This document shows, piece by piece, positions 33,456 to 45,400 of a stretch of 56,160 nt of DNA. The position numbers and the translations under genes were made by a program. Position 1 is the first letter of the stretch. Every line of letters begins with the position of its first letter. This DNA is from Prorocentrum cordatum (taxonomy: Eukaryota). A model generated the notes under the pieces. The model saw only the letters and a program-made list of their open reading frames with translations. It was not told the DNA's origin and ran no database searches. The stretch spans positions 62,001 to 118,160 of the forward strand of contig CAUYUJ010000107.1 in NCBI GenBank assembly GCA_963575745.1, in the 5' to 3' direction.

Positions 33456-34365
33456 AGGAGGAGGAGGAGGAGGAGGAGGAGGAGGACGAGGACGAGGACG
33501 AGGACGAGGAGGACGATGAGGACGATGAGGACGAGGAGGACGAAGAGGACGATCAGGACGAGGACGACGAGGACGACGAGGACGAGGAGGACGAGGAGGA
33601 GGAGGAGGAAGAGGAGGGGGTGGAGGAGGAGGTGGAGGTAGGAGTGAGGAGGAAGAGGAGGAGGAGGAAGGGAGGTGATGAGGAAGAGGAAGGAGGGTAG
33701 GAGGAAGGGGAGGTGGATGAGGGGGAGGGGAGGAGGCGAGGTAGAAGGAGGAGGAAGAGGAGGGGAAGAGGACCAGGAGGAAAGGGGGAGGAGGAGGAGG
33801 AGGAGGAGGAGGAGGAGGAGGAGGAACACGAGGAGGAGGAACACGAGGAACATGAGGAGGAAGAGGGGGAGGAGGAGGAGGAGGAGGAGGAGGAGGAGGA
33901 GGAGGAATACTACACAACACAACTATAACAAGGAACAACATACTAGTAATAAGAAAATATGAAGACTAGTTTTCGTAATGGTCATAATACGAACCTTGAT
34001 GGGAATACGATTGCTGATATTCATACAAAGAATAATCATTATAATAATGATGTTTTTTATTTTCAATAATAATATAAGACTGCTAAGGAAGCTCAGTCTA
34101 ATGATACTACTAATACGAGGACAAATCTTAAGACGAATACAATGAATAATCATATGACTATTACTAATAGGAATACGAATGCGAATCATAATAATAAGGA
34201 TAAAAAAAAGAGGATGACGAGGAGGAACAGCAAGAGGAGGAGGAGGGGGAGGACGAGGAGGGGGAGGACGAGGAAAGGTAGAAAGAGGAGAAGGAGGAGG
34301 AAAGGTAGGAGAAGGAGGAGGAGGATGAAAAAGGATGAGAAAGGAGGAGAAGGAGGAGGTGGAAT
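33455..34365. repeat. (GAG/GAC)n purine-rich microsatellites with an AAT-rich low-complexity spacer
   Basis: Direct reading. Confidence 0.9.
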
Positions 34366-34497
34366 AAACGTTCATTTTCGGTGCCCTGTGCAGGTTTCTT
34401 GTTACGGCGCCGGGGCCAGGGCGGCGCGCTTCGCGCGCCAGGGAGGTGGGCCTAGTGCCGATCCAAGAATTTTGCGCGGAGCCCCGACAGTTCATGC

Positions 34498-34544
<47 letters not shown>

Positions 34545-34547
34545 CAT

Positions 34548-34585
<38 letters not shown>

Positions 34586-34587
<2 letters not shown>

Positions 34588-34985
34588 CCGTGAGAGCTCT
34601 CGGTGCTGGAGCTGCCGCCGTGGCCGCCGCCGCGACCCCAGCAGCGGAGCCGCCCGGGAGGCCGCCGCCACCCGCGCGGGAGTCGACCGAGTCCGTTGCT
34701 GCTGCCGCGCCCGCAATCGCCTCGGAGACCACGAAAACCTCGGAGACCCAGAAGAGCTTGGATCCCAGCCAGCCCGCCAGGAGCATGGCCTACATACTGG
34801 TCCTCGCGGAGGTGCGGCAGTGGCAGGCCGAGGGGGAGAGCGTGCCAGCCATCGCATCCCGCCTGGAGGCGGAGGCGCAGCGCTGCCAGGCCCTCGGGGC
34901 CGAGCGGCGATGCCGGGACACGACGCGCCTCGGCGTCGCCTACGCGATGGCGCGGCAGGCCATGGGGGCGCGTGGCCTGGTCTGA
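34586..34985 (+). pseudogene. Headless 3' coding fragment following a (TA)n tract
   Basis: High-GC3 frame ending ...MAYILVLAEVRQWQAEGESV...AMARQAMGARGLV-stop, followed by UTR-like sequence. No product recognised. Confidence 0.4.
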
Positions 34986-36089
34986 GGAGGCGCCCCGGTG
35001 GCTCCTCTGAGGCTCTGAGGGGGGCCGCCGCCCAGTTTTGTCGCCGGCGCCGTGGTGGAGGACTCTCAGCAGATTGGGCGCTGCCGCCTTCCAGAGGGGG
35101 GGGTCGCGCGCCCGGGCCCGCTGGAGTTCGGGCACCACGGGCTCGCCGCTCTTTTCATAATCTTGATTGCCGCTGCTTTGTCAGCTCGAGTCGACCTGCA
35201 TACACATGGTCTCTTTTTGTTTTCCTCAGCTGTACTATCTAGGGGATAGTGTTGGCACGCTCTCTTTATGCTGTGAATACGGCTTGCTCTTCTGGCTGTC
35301 CCGTCCCGACAGATGAGGCGCGGTGCATTTTGCCTGAGCCTTTGGAGCACAAGGGGGTTCCTGCTGCGAGTGTCTGGTGCACGAGTAATGTCGTGCGGCT
35401 CGGAGGAGTTGCTGCGTTCCCAGCGGGTGTTGGACCTCCCGTGGTGGCAGTGCTGCACGTGCGTAGCGTTGATTTATCACTCCTCGTCCTCCTCCTCGCT
35501 TGCCCCCGGCGCGGCGCGGATACATTTTCTCAATGAGTTTGTATCGTTATAAGTGCCCGAAGCTCCGTTTCGTTCCTCTGTTTCGGCGCAGCCGGCGTTA
35601 AAGCTGTTAAAGCAGTGTTCGCCCAATCCTGCGTTAAAACTGTTAAATCAGTTTGCGCCCACTTCCGAATGCCACGGAGCCATATATATATATATATATA
35701 TATTATAATATATATATATATATACATACATATTACATATATATATAATATTATATATATATATATATATATTACCGTGAGAGAGATAGGGGGGTGAGGA
35801 GGGGCATATGGGCGAGGCAAGAGGGGGCCAGAACGTGATGTGAGTGGAATGTGTTTGTTTAGGTAATCGAATCGATGATTCGTCGTCATCGTCGTGTTTG
35901 TGCATGTTTGCTTTTCCTTTGGGATTGATTTCCGAGCCGCAGCTTAGGTCGTGGGCGCGTGGAGTACGCCCGTCGGGGGGGAATCGCCTCCCTCTCCCCC
36001 TCCGTTTCTCGCTCCTCGGCCCGTCGTCCTCCTGCCCGTTTCTGCCCCTTGCCCTGGCCCGCTTCCCTTTGTCGGCCCGCTTCGTGGTC

Positions 36090-36530
36090 CGAATCAGAGC
36101 TGCAGTGGCCCGAACTGCCACGCTGGCGTATAGCGAGGCGTGGGACGAAAACTTGCTGACACGGCTGTTGAACGACATCTTCTGGAGGGGTCGCCTCTCA
36201 CCCCGAGTCCTGCTCGGGCATCTCGGTGTCCGGGCGTTCCCGCTGTTGCGACGGGGCCGGCAGCGAGGAGCGCGCCAAGGCCGCCCCCCCAGAGGCAGCC
36301 TCGCGGGGCTCCTTGACGCCATCGTGTTTCAGGCATTCGTTGGGTCTGGCGGATTCGGTGGCCATCGGGGGCATCATGGGAGGGGGATATGCTCGAGAGG
36401 GTGATGTGCCAACAATTTTTTGTAGTTATGACATCGTTTTCGGGGCCTGGGGTGGTCTCCGTCAGCTGCGCCTCGCCGACGGCGTTCTGGGGGTGCTGGA
36501 ATCCTTCCGACCTGCCGCCAGGGAGCCGAG
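36090..36530 (-). pseudogene. Possible degraded LINE RT fragment
   Basis: RQGAPRGCLWG (GxPQG-like), then HASLYASVA (YADD-like position) in an adjacent frame. Confidence 0.4.
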
Positions 36531-38139
36531 CCGCGACCCCAAAACCAAAGCAACCATGCGGCCAGGATAGGCTCAGGGGGGGAGGCATCGACCCCCCATC
36601 GCCGATTCATCGCCGACAGGGGCTCGATGGCCCATCCCGCCCAGGAACGTTCGGACTCGCCCTCGGGGGCCCATGTTCGATCCATCGGCGATGTGTCGCC
36701 GAGTCGGGCTCGATGGCCAAGCCCGCCCCCCCGGAAAGCCTTCGGCGAGGCGCAGGTGCTGGCCAGCATCGCGACGTGAGAAATCTGCGATAACCACTGG
36801 GAACCTCCGAAAGCCTCCTCGTGCGCCCCGCCTGTCGTTGCCCCTCAGATTGGTGGCCAGATCATCCTTGGGCGAGCATTCGGAGGTCCATCTTCACCCT
36901 CGTCGCGCTCCCCGTCTGGTTGTGGTCCGTTGCTCCCTGGAGGGCTCACCTGGGTGGGCAGTCGCTGCGCCCTGCTTTCTCGCTCCTGGCCGCTCGCTCG
37001 TCGGCCGCGGGTGTTGCTTTCATCTGCATCGCCGTCCTCACCTCTGGTGGGGCAGGACGGGCGTCTTCGTAAACGGAGTCGCGTGGTTCGCCGTCATAAC
37101 CTACGCCGTGCTGCTGAACGCGAGGGGGTGGGTGCAACAGAAGCAGACTTTCTTCTCATGCTCGCACGTCGCGTGCGTCCTGCGATGCGTGCTGTAGAAC
37201 AAAAGAGTCGCGCACTCATGCGAGCGAATTCGTTTCTGGACAATTGCGGCCGCAGGCGTAGTTCTACTTTTCCGTCAGCGACACTGCGCCTCGCCGAAAG
37301 AGTGCTGGGACGGAGCCATCACGTTATCGTCCGAATCGTTATTGCATGTAGTCGCACATGTGGAGTATGGGCATTCCTATGGTATTGCCATGCCCAATCG
37401 CCGCCCAAGTACACGAAGACTTCGTCCTAATACATCTGCTCTTTACACGACGTTCCCATTGGTTCATGTTCGGTGCCAGCTCGGCCATCATTCCATGCTT
37501 CCTTGTGAGTCTCGGCATGCAGATGTATTTCTTTGAATGGTTACGTGGAGGAGAAGATGATGATGAGGAGGAGGAACAGGATGTGCAGAGGATGTGGATG
37601 AGCATTGGTCGACTGCTAACCAGCAGCAGGAGCAGGATGTGCGCGTGGTGATGGTGAGGATGATTATGAGGAGGGAGAGGGTGGAACACCGTTTTTCCTT
37701 ACTCATCCATCTCCTGCTCTTTCTCATCATACCCCAATGTGTGGCCGACTGTTGGTACTCGATGTTAACCTTTACACACCGCTGTGCAAAAGGTACCCGC
37801 CTGACACATTTTTAGTTCCGTTTCTCTGGTTGGTAGCGGAGCTTCGCGATCCGGTGCCACGGCCGCCATGCCTTGCCGCGCTTCGTTGGCCATGGTTCCA
37901 CCCTTCCGCTGCTCTTCATCCCGCTGTTCATCCGCCTTCATCGACTTCGTGTACCTCTTCTCTTTCACCATGGCAGGATACGTCACCCTAGGGCCCGTTG
38001 GGGTTTCACCCCAGTTGCCAAGAGTGGTGACGGGGAAGGCGCACATTTATCGCGAAGGCCTTACGGCCGGTGCCGCCGACCCTGAAGGGGAACGACCACG
38101 GCGGCGGCGGCGGTAGCGACGACTACGATGCTGACGTGG

Positions 38140-38830
38140 GTTGAGTCCTCAAACGTGCTTCTTGGGGTTTCTTCCGAGCGCTCTCGGGGCCTTTGGGGGG
38201 ATGTTTGGGGGCCTCTTGGGAGCCTCTTGGGTCTTGGGGCCTCTTTGGGCTTCCTGGGGGCCTCTTGGGGGCTTCTCGGGGCTGAGGGCTCGAAATGTCC
38301 GTTCGGGTCCTCCGTCTGGACACTCTCTTGGAACCGTCTTGGGGGCCTCTTGTGCCGTCTTGGAGGCGTCTTGGGCCGTCTTGGGGCACTCTTGGGCCGT
38401 TTGGGGACTCTCTTTGGAGGCCTCTTGTGCCGTCTCGGGGCGTCCTTGGGGGCCTCTTGGGCCGTCTTGGCGCGTGGGGAAACGGAAGAGGCGAGAACGC
38501 CAAAATTCTTGAAAAACATATGGGAAATCCATGATTTTTGCCTCTTGGGGCTCTCGTGGGAACGGTCCTGGAGGCCTCTTGGGGCGTCTCGCAGGCCTCG
38601 TGGGCCGTCTGGAGGCCGTCAAGGCGTCTTGGACAGATCATTCGGCGATTCGGGGCCCTTTTGGATCGTCTTGGGGGCCTCTTGGGGCACTCTTGGCCCG
38701 TCTTGGGACTTTTTTGGGCTCCAGGATTCCCCGGGGGGCGGCGTTAAAACCCGGGACCCCCCCGGGACCCACCCCGGGACAACCCCCCCCCCCGGGCGGG
38801 GAAGGGATCAAAGGGAAGGGGTTTCCCTTC
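38140..38830. repeat. Interspersed CTCTTGGG/GGGCC-rich repeat family, best-preserved copy
   Basis: Colinear motifs (AAATGTCCGTTCGGG, TCTTGGGCCGTCTTG, TTCGGCGATTCGGGGCC) recur at about 47230-47840 and 49170-49750, with fragments at about 30040-30140 and 44000-44075. Confidence 0.8.
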
Positions 38831-41086
38831 GACTCAATTACGACGTTGCTCAATTTCGCTTTGGACTGACACGCTTCAGGAGGAGGCCCTGGGAGAGGGG
38901 TAAAAGTAACCACGCTGTGGGAAAAGGGGAAGGAACGACGACGACGACGAAGAGGGAACAGACGGAGAAGCCTTTTCCACACGCCGACAGGGTCGGCGGA
39001 TTTCAACAAGGACATCAACAATAACTACAATGACCCTGGCCGCGCCGCCGCCGACGACGAATTTCGTGGCGGCCCAAAGCTCTCAGTGATCCCTTCCGGG
39101 TTTGTGCTGACTGTGTCAGCGCAGGTCGCGGGCCCTACGCCTTGAATGACCCCGCCTGTGGGTGTAGCCGCAAGTGTCAGACGATTATTCGACGCAGCGT
39201 TCACATTTTCGGTGTTGGTTCAGGGCCCCGAGCTTCTGGTGATTGCGTCACAAAAACTTTGGGGGGCGGGCAGAGAAGAGAGGGGATGCAATGGAGGGCA
39301 TTGCGCCTTCGTCACCAGCACACCGAAGGGCAGCGACGCGGATCTGGGATAACAAGAGTTCAGCGCTGTTAGCACCTAGCCCACCAGCACATGTACACCA
39401 CAGACCGTCTTCGATTTCTTGGGACATGACTTTTCACCGCCCCAAACATTCCCAGCAGCCCGGCGGGGCTGGGCCCCGCTGCGCACTCCGCGTGACGATC
39501 GCGCAGTTGGCGGCACTCAGCACAGCGACGACATGATGCACGAGGAGCACGCCCCCGATTGCGTCACGGGATGCGCCGAACACTGAGATCACTGCGACCG
39601 CGCGACTGAAGCGTGCGCCCAATGCGCAGATGAGGAAGAACGCATCCGAGGCAAATGTGCACAGCGGCATAGCGCGCGAGTGCGCGGGCGCACGGCCGCC
39701 TTCTGCCCCGACCCAGTGCCACCGATGACCTTGCTCATGCGCAGTTTGGCCGAACGGCGGGGTGCACTGGGCGAGGAGGAGCGCGCTTCGGCAGTGGCGG
39801 TGCGAGTGAGTTCAACCGACTGCCACAAGAGCGCGTCGACAATTTCATCACAAGTTTCGACATTTTTCGCAAACCGGCGCAGCAGGCAGGTCAACTCGTG
39901 ATCGGCTACGAGGGCCTCAGTTTTCCACCTGCTGTGCGCGCCGTTGGCGCGTCGATCATCCAACCGGCCACGATCGCGCAACGCTGCAACGTGGCCTGCC
40001 CCACTAACGCCTGGCAGCTCGCGCGCGCGCGACGGATCGGCCGCGACGTTTTGGGCGCGTGATCGAGGGCTCGCTGGGGAACCCCGCTGCGCGAGATCAG
40101 GTTCAGGGTGCCTGCGGCGCCGCGGCCCGAGCCGGGGCGGAGCGGGCCCAGCTGCGTCGGGGGCGGCGCCGGGCCCGAGCGCGCCCCCAGTGCCGGGCGT
40201 CGACTCGGGCACCGACGCTCATGCAATTAATCGGGTCCTCCGGCGAAGTAATTACCGCTGACGATCCCGAGCTGCGCGACGCCCCCGCGGAACATCGCAG
40301 CGCGCGCCTCCCCTGGGATTCCGAACGCGTCCAAACGCGTTGACGCAGCTTCATCCACCACGATCCCACGCGCCGCGCCCAGGGGGTCATGGAGCGAAAA
40401 GACATGGGCGGAGGCGAAGGCCATCGCGCCTTCCTGGCCGACGCGCCCGAAAACGACCTCCAGCAAGTTTTCGCGCATGAGTTCGGGTGCCGGGGTGACG
40501 GCGGTATGGTGTTAGGATGAAGGGTCTGTGATTAAGGCTAGCGCGTTGGAGCCGGGTCGCTAGGGCAATGGTGCTCATGTTGCGCTCTTAGGGTCAGCGT
40601 TCCGGTGCTAGTGTAAGGGCGAATTCTCAGAGACAGGGTCTTGGGATTTGGATATAAAATTGGGGGTGCACTCGTGTAAGGGTCAGGGTGTCAGGATAAA
40701 TCGTTTAAGGGTCTAGTGTTCGCGCCAATGCGATAGGGGCAACGTTGCGTTGTCTGCGATCGTGTTGATGTGCAGGGTTAGGATGCTAGGGGTACCGCTT
40801 GGGTGTTAGGGTTATGGTGTTAGCTTTGGGGTGTTAGGATTGGTGTTCTGAGCTTCAGGTATTAGGACGTGAAGATGCTAGAGGAAGGGCGTTGGCGCCA
40901 GTGTGACGGCTCATGTAGGGCTAGAGCGCACGAGTGACTGCTAGGGCGCCAGGGTTAGGATGTCAGGGTCATCAGGCCCGTGGCGGTCTGCGTCGCGGGA
41001 GGAGGGGAGGAAAGCAGAGGAGGAGGATGTAGAGTAGCATGTGGTAGTCTGATACGGATTGGCCGTCCTAGTTTGGGCGTTCAGGC

Positions 41087-41178
<92 letters not shown>

Positions 41179-41469
41179 CCGCGGGTGCGTGTCCAAGCAA
41201 AACTCACCCAAGCGGAACACACGGAGCGCGATATACACTAGGACGAGGAGGAAACGGAAGAGGAGGAGGAGGATGAGGAGCAGGACGGGCAGGACGGGAG
41301 GAGGAGGAGAAGGCAGAAGAGGAAAAGGAGGAAAAGGAGGAACATCCACATCAGAAGATGGAGTTGAATTTTTGGGAAGAGAGGGGCATTGAATAAGGAA
41401 ACGATGGAAGGATGAGAGAGAGGATTGGGAAGAGGACGAACGATGAGGAGGAGGAGGATGCGAGAGGAC

Positions 41470-41474
41470 GATGG

Positions 41475-41519
<45 letters not shown>

Positions 41520-41630
41520 CGATTGTTGTGGTGGTTATGATGCTGATGCTGATGCTGATGCTGATGCTGATGCTGATCATGATGAGCATGACGATCATGC
41601 GGGTGGTGAAGATGATAATGATGATGTTGC

Positions 41631-41707
<77 letters not shown>

Positions 41708-41834
41708 GTGATGATGGTGATCATTGTGATGTTGATGATGATGGTGATGATGATGTTGAGGATGATGGTGATGGTTGTGGTGACGATGATGTGGCTGATG
41801 AGTACGGCGATCATGCTGATGATGATGGCGATAG

Positions 41835-41911
<77 letters not shown>

Positions 41912-41975
41912 GTGAGGATGAGGGGGGAAAAGAGAAGGACGTTGATATGGATGAGGATGACATGATCATGATGGT
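41470..41975. repeat. (GAT)n microsatellite
   Basis: Direct reading. Confidence 0.97.
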
Positions 41976-42486
41976 GAAGGAGAGGAGGGGAAGGAGGAGG
42001 AGAGCGCAGGGATGAGCAGGCGGACAGGTGGAGCGATTGTGAGAACGAACGGTGAGAAGAAAGTAGGAAGAGCGGATTTGATGAGGGAGGACGTGAGACG
42101 TGGATGAAAAGTATTTGCGAGGAAAAGTAGGAAGCAGTGAGCATTATACAACATGAGTTGAAGCGGTGCACACACTACAAAATACATAGGTGAGTAAGGT
42201 GGGGAGCGGGCACACGACAGCCAGATCCGAAAACAAAAACGCTGAAACCGCCCAGGCCTTTATACAGGCTGGCGCCCCTCCTCCTCCTCCTCCTCCTCCT
42301 CCTCCTCCTCCTCTTCTTCCCTCCTTCCCCCGCTTCTCTCGACCTCCTGTGTGTGCACTGGCGCCACCGTCCACCAACCACCACCTCCCTCCTCCTCGTC
42401 CTCACCCCCCTGAGATCAGACGTTTCGAAAAGCTGCAGAGTCACGGAAAATTATGCCGGAGAAAAGACCCAATCATAATATTTTCA

Positions 42487-42695
42487 GGGCTGTGGGGCTA
42501 TAGGGTTATAGGGCTATAGGGCTGTAGGGCTGTAGGGCTATAAGGCCATAGGGCTATATAGCTACAGGGCTATATAGCTACAGGGCTGTAGGGCTATTGG
42601 GCTATAAAGCTCTAGGGCTATTAGGGCTATAAGGCTATGGGGCTATAGGGCTATAAAGCTAGAAGGCTAAAGGGCCATAGGGCTATAGGGCTACC
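42487..42695. repeat. GGGCTATA-type 8-9-bp minisatellite
   Basis: More than 20 tandem variants of (G)GGCTATAG. Confidence 0.92.
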
Positions 42696-43290
42696 GGGCA
42701 CCCGATCACCTGGGCTCCCGCTCCCGGGCAACTGGGCAGCTGGACACCTGGGCGTGCCGCCGAAATCGGCGCCGCACCTCACGTGGGGCTATATGAACTC
42801 GCTAGGACCCCTGCAGAGGCAAGCTCTGATTGGGGAATCATAGCCAGAGCCCTAGACCACATCCTGCTGCAGCGTGTTCCGAGCGGGATCGATCCGTGAT
42901 TCCCCCGGGCCCCGAAAACAGCCGAAAACGCCTGGTGCGAAAAATAGACGACGCCTGGATCTCAGGGCTTTCTCCACATTTCCTCCAGGGCGCCCGCGCC
43001 TGGCATCGCTCGGACGTGTGCATTTTTCCTTCGGCGAGGACCATCGAGGAGCATCCTTGATCATTTGGCGAAAAAGCACGCACGAAACCGAAAAAAACAC
43101 AGGACATGGACGTCCGAGCGATGGCCAGCGCGAGAGCGCGAAGAGGTTCGCGCTTCGCGGCTCGCGGCCCGGCTCCGCCTTCCCCCCACGCCTCTCCCTC
43201 TTCCCTTCGAGGGGGGCGCGACGGCGCGGTATTATCCACGCCTCGCGCTCCGCACAGCGCGAAGCACGAGCTTATTACCAGCCTGGAACA

Positions 43291-43418
43291 TATCCCTATC
43301 CCTATGCTGGGCATCTCCTCATCACGATGCCAATCTTAGGGATTCCCTTATTTTTTGAGGGCGCATCCCTAAGATTGTCATCGCCTTTTGACGTGTCAAT
43401 CTTAAGGATAGGGATAAG
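43291..43418. mobile_element. ~125-bp nested palindrome, MITE-like
   Basis: Outer TATCCCTATCC / GGATAGGGATA; inner GATGCCAATCTTAGGGAT / ATCCCTAAGATTGTCATC. Confidence 0.75.
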
Positions 43419-44229
43419 TTCGAGGCTGGTAAACTTAGGCGCCCTTGTGTCCTTCTCCTCGCCCCCCGCCCGTTCCTCGTCCGCGTGCCCGGAGCGGAGG
43501 CCGCCGTCTCTGCGCCTCGTGTCCGCGAGGTGGGCAAGGCCCCCGGGGCACCGAACGCCGCCCAGGGCGCCAGGTTGCGGAGCGTCGAGGAGGGCTGGAG
43601 GAAGGGCAGGGAGGGAGGGAGGATGGGCGGAGGCAGGACATGGAGGAGGACGACGAGGAAGAGGAGGAGGAGGAGGAGGAGGACATGGAGGAGGAGGAGG
43701 AGGACGAGGAGGAGGAGGAGGAGGAGAAGGAGGAGGAGAAGGAGGAGGAGGATGACACTGGAGGACGAGGAGGAGAAGGGGGAGAAGGAGGAGGAGGAGG
43801 AGGAAGAGGAGAAGGACATGGAGGAGGAGGAGGAGGACGGAACTGGGTCTGCAAGCCCCTTCGCGTGGTTGGCGGGGCCAGCAAACTACTGATTTGCCTT
43901 AAGTGTTTGAAGGCAATTGAGGTTCTGGCACGTTTTGGTTTCCGACACCGAGATAGCCCAAGAGGCCTCTCTGGGCTGCCTCGCATACCTTTTGGAGCGC
44001 TTCAGGGTCGTCTTGGGGTCCTCTTGGGAGCCCGTTGGGCACCCTCTTGGGGGCCTCTTGGAGCTATCTTGAAGGCCGGTCGGAACGACTCGGGCCGCGA
44101 ATTTCTTAATTTTCGGTCGAGCCCCACAAGGCGGACGAAGCTATTCAGGATGCGCCGAGCATCTTCGAGCTAACAACCCACAGCATTCTCGTCATCCCCA
44201 CACTTCCATCTACTACGACACGATATCGG

Positions 44230-45400
44230 TCCATGGGAAAAGTGAAGCATGTAAGAAGGATTATAACAAACGAGAGCAGGGCCACAATTACACCACGGGC
44301 GAGTGTCGATTTGCCACAACATTCAGTTGGCCCCAGGGCCACGGCGCTTCCGTGCCACTTGGGCCCCTAGACAGCGGGGGCCCCCATTGAACTCATTGAG
44401 CCAGGGGGGGGGCCAGCTTGAATCATCCACTGGGCGATCCGGAGCTCGCCCTCGATCGCCGCGACCTCGTGCGACTGGTGGCCCTACGGCGGACACGGAC
44501 AGCGACTGCATCGCGGGTTGATTGCGGCAGCGCGGTTGGGCCCAGTTCAGACGTGCGTCCACCGCTTGAACCAGTTTTCTCGGGCCGCGCCCTGATTTGC
44601 AGGCCACGGTGCTGGCCCAAGTGCTTCGCCCGTATCCAATATAGTCTCGAGGTCCTCGGGGGCGCTGACCCTGCCGTCATCAACAAGAGCTCCGCGATTT
44701 GCACCGAATGTTCTTTCGCGCGAAGGAACTTAAGATGCAGCTTATCCCGCATCGAATGTTTTTAGACGCGTAGACGAAGCCTGGCTGATCATGATCAAGC
44801 CCGTCGCTGATACATGCCAGGAATGCTTGGCATGGGGACGCCCCAGTATCTCAGCACTGAGCTTGCCTGGCCGACTCAATGAGGACAGCGGAGCGCCGCC
44901 TTCTTCTACAAGAATCACACCGGTTCCCGCATCATCGGCCAGTGCATCAGGTACGCCAGCGGCCGCGAGATCCCCGACAAGTCCAAGGACACCCGCGTGG
45001 ATGCGAATTGTAACTGTCGGGCATTGCACTGCGATGGCGAAGGGGGCCTTCGCAACGGCGACGCCGTGGGCCAGCTGAAAGCACTGGGGACCGAAGTTCG
45101 TGTTTTAGCCTCAGAGCAGCGCGACAACACGATTGAGGCCCAAGGCGGCATCCTCGAGGTGCCACTCGCATGATTTCATGTTCCACGGCGGACTTTTCCC
45201 ATGCAGCGCCCCTGCCGGTAGACAGCCCCCATGCTTCCTGGCTTCGGAGGGCCAGATCTCGAAAGGCCCGGGCCCGCTGGCTGGGAGCGCGAGCCGCGCG
45301 TCCGCGAGTTTGCCTTGGAAGCTAGTGCCCGAGCCAGCGCAACGGCCAGGGTGACCAGGGCCCTCAAGACGACAACTGGGGAGGATGCGGCAGGATCGAC
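44230..45400 (+). mobile_element. Older relic of the same copia lineage (Zn motif + integrase)
   Basis: EACKKD..GHNYTTGECRFA, IQYSLEVL, ELRDLH..AKELKMQL, MIKPVADTCQECLAWGRP, CIRYASGREIPD, LHCDGEGGL, GRQP and EREPRVREFALEA..RVTRALK all align in order with 18010-19360. Confidence 0.9.

Noticed and set aside
32843..34786. Poly-Pro/Leu/Glu/Arg ORFs (also at 9322-9839, 27667-28574 and 41068-42171)
   Set aside because: Microsatellite translations.
36790..37200. Membrane protein or acyltransferase fragment
   Set aside because: Hydrophobic stretches in shifting frames, but no diagnostic motif.
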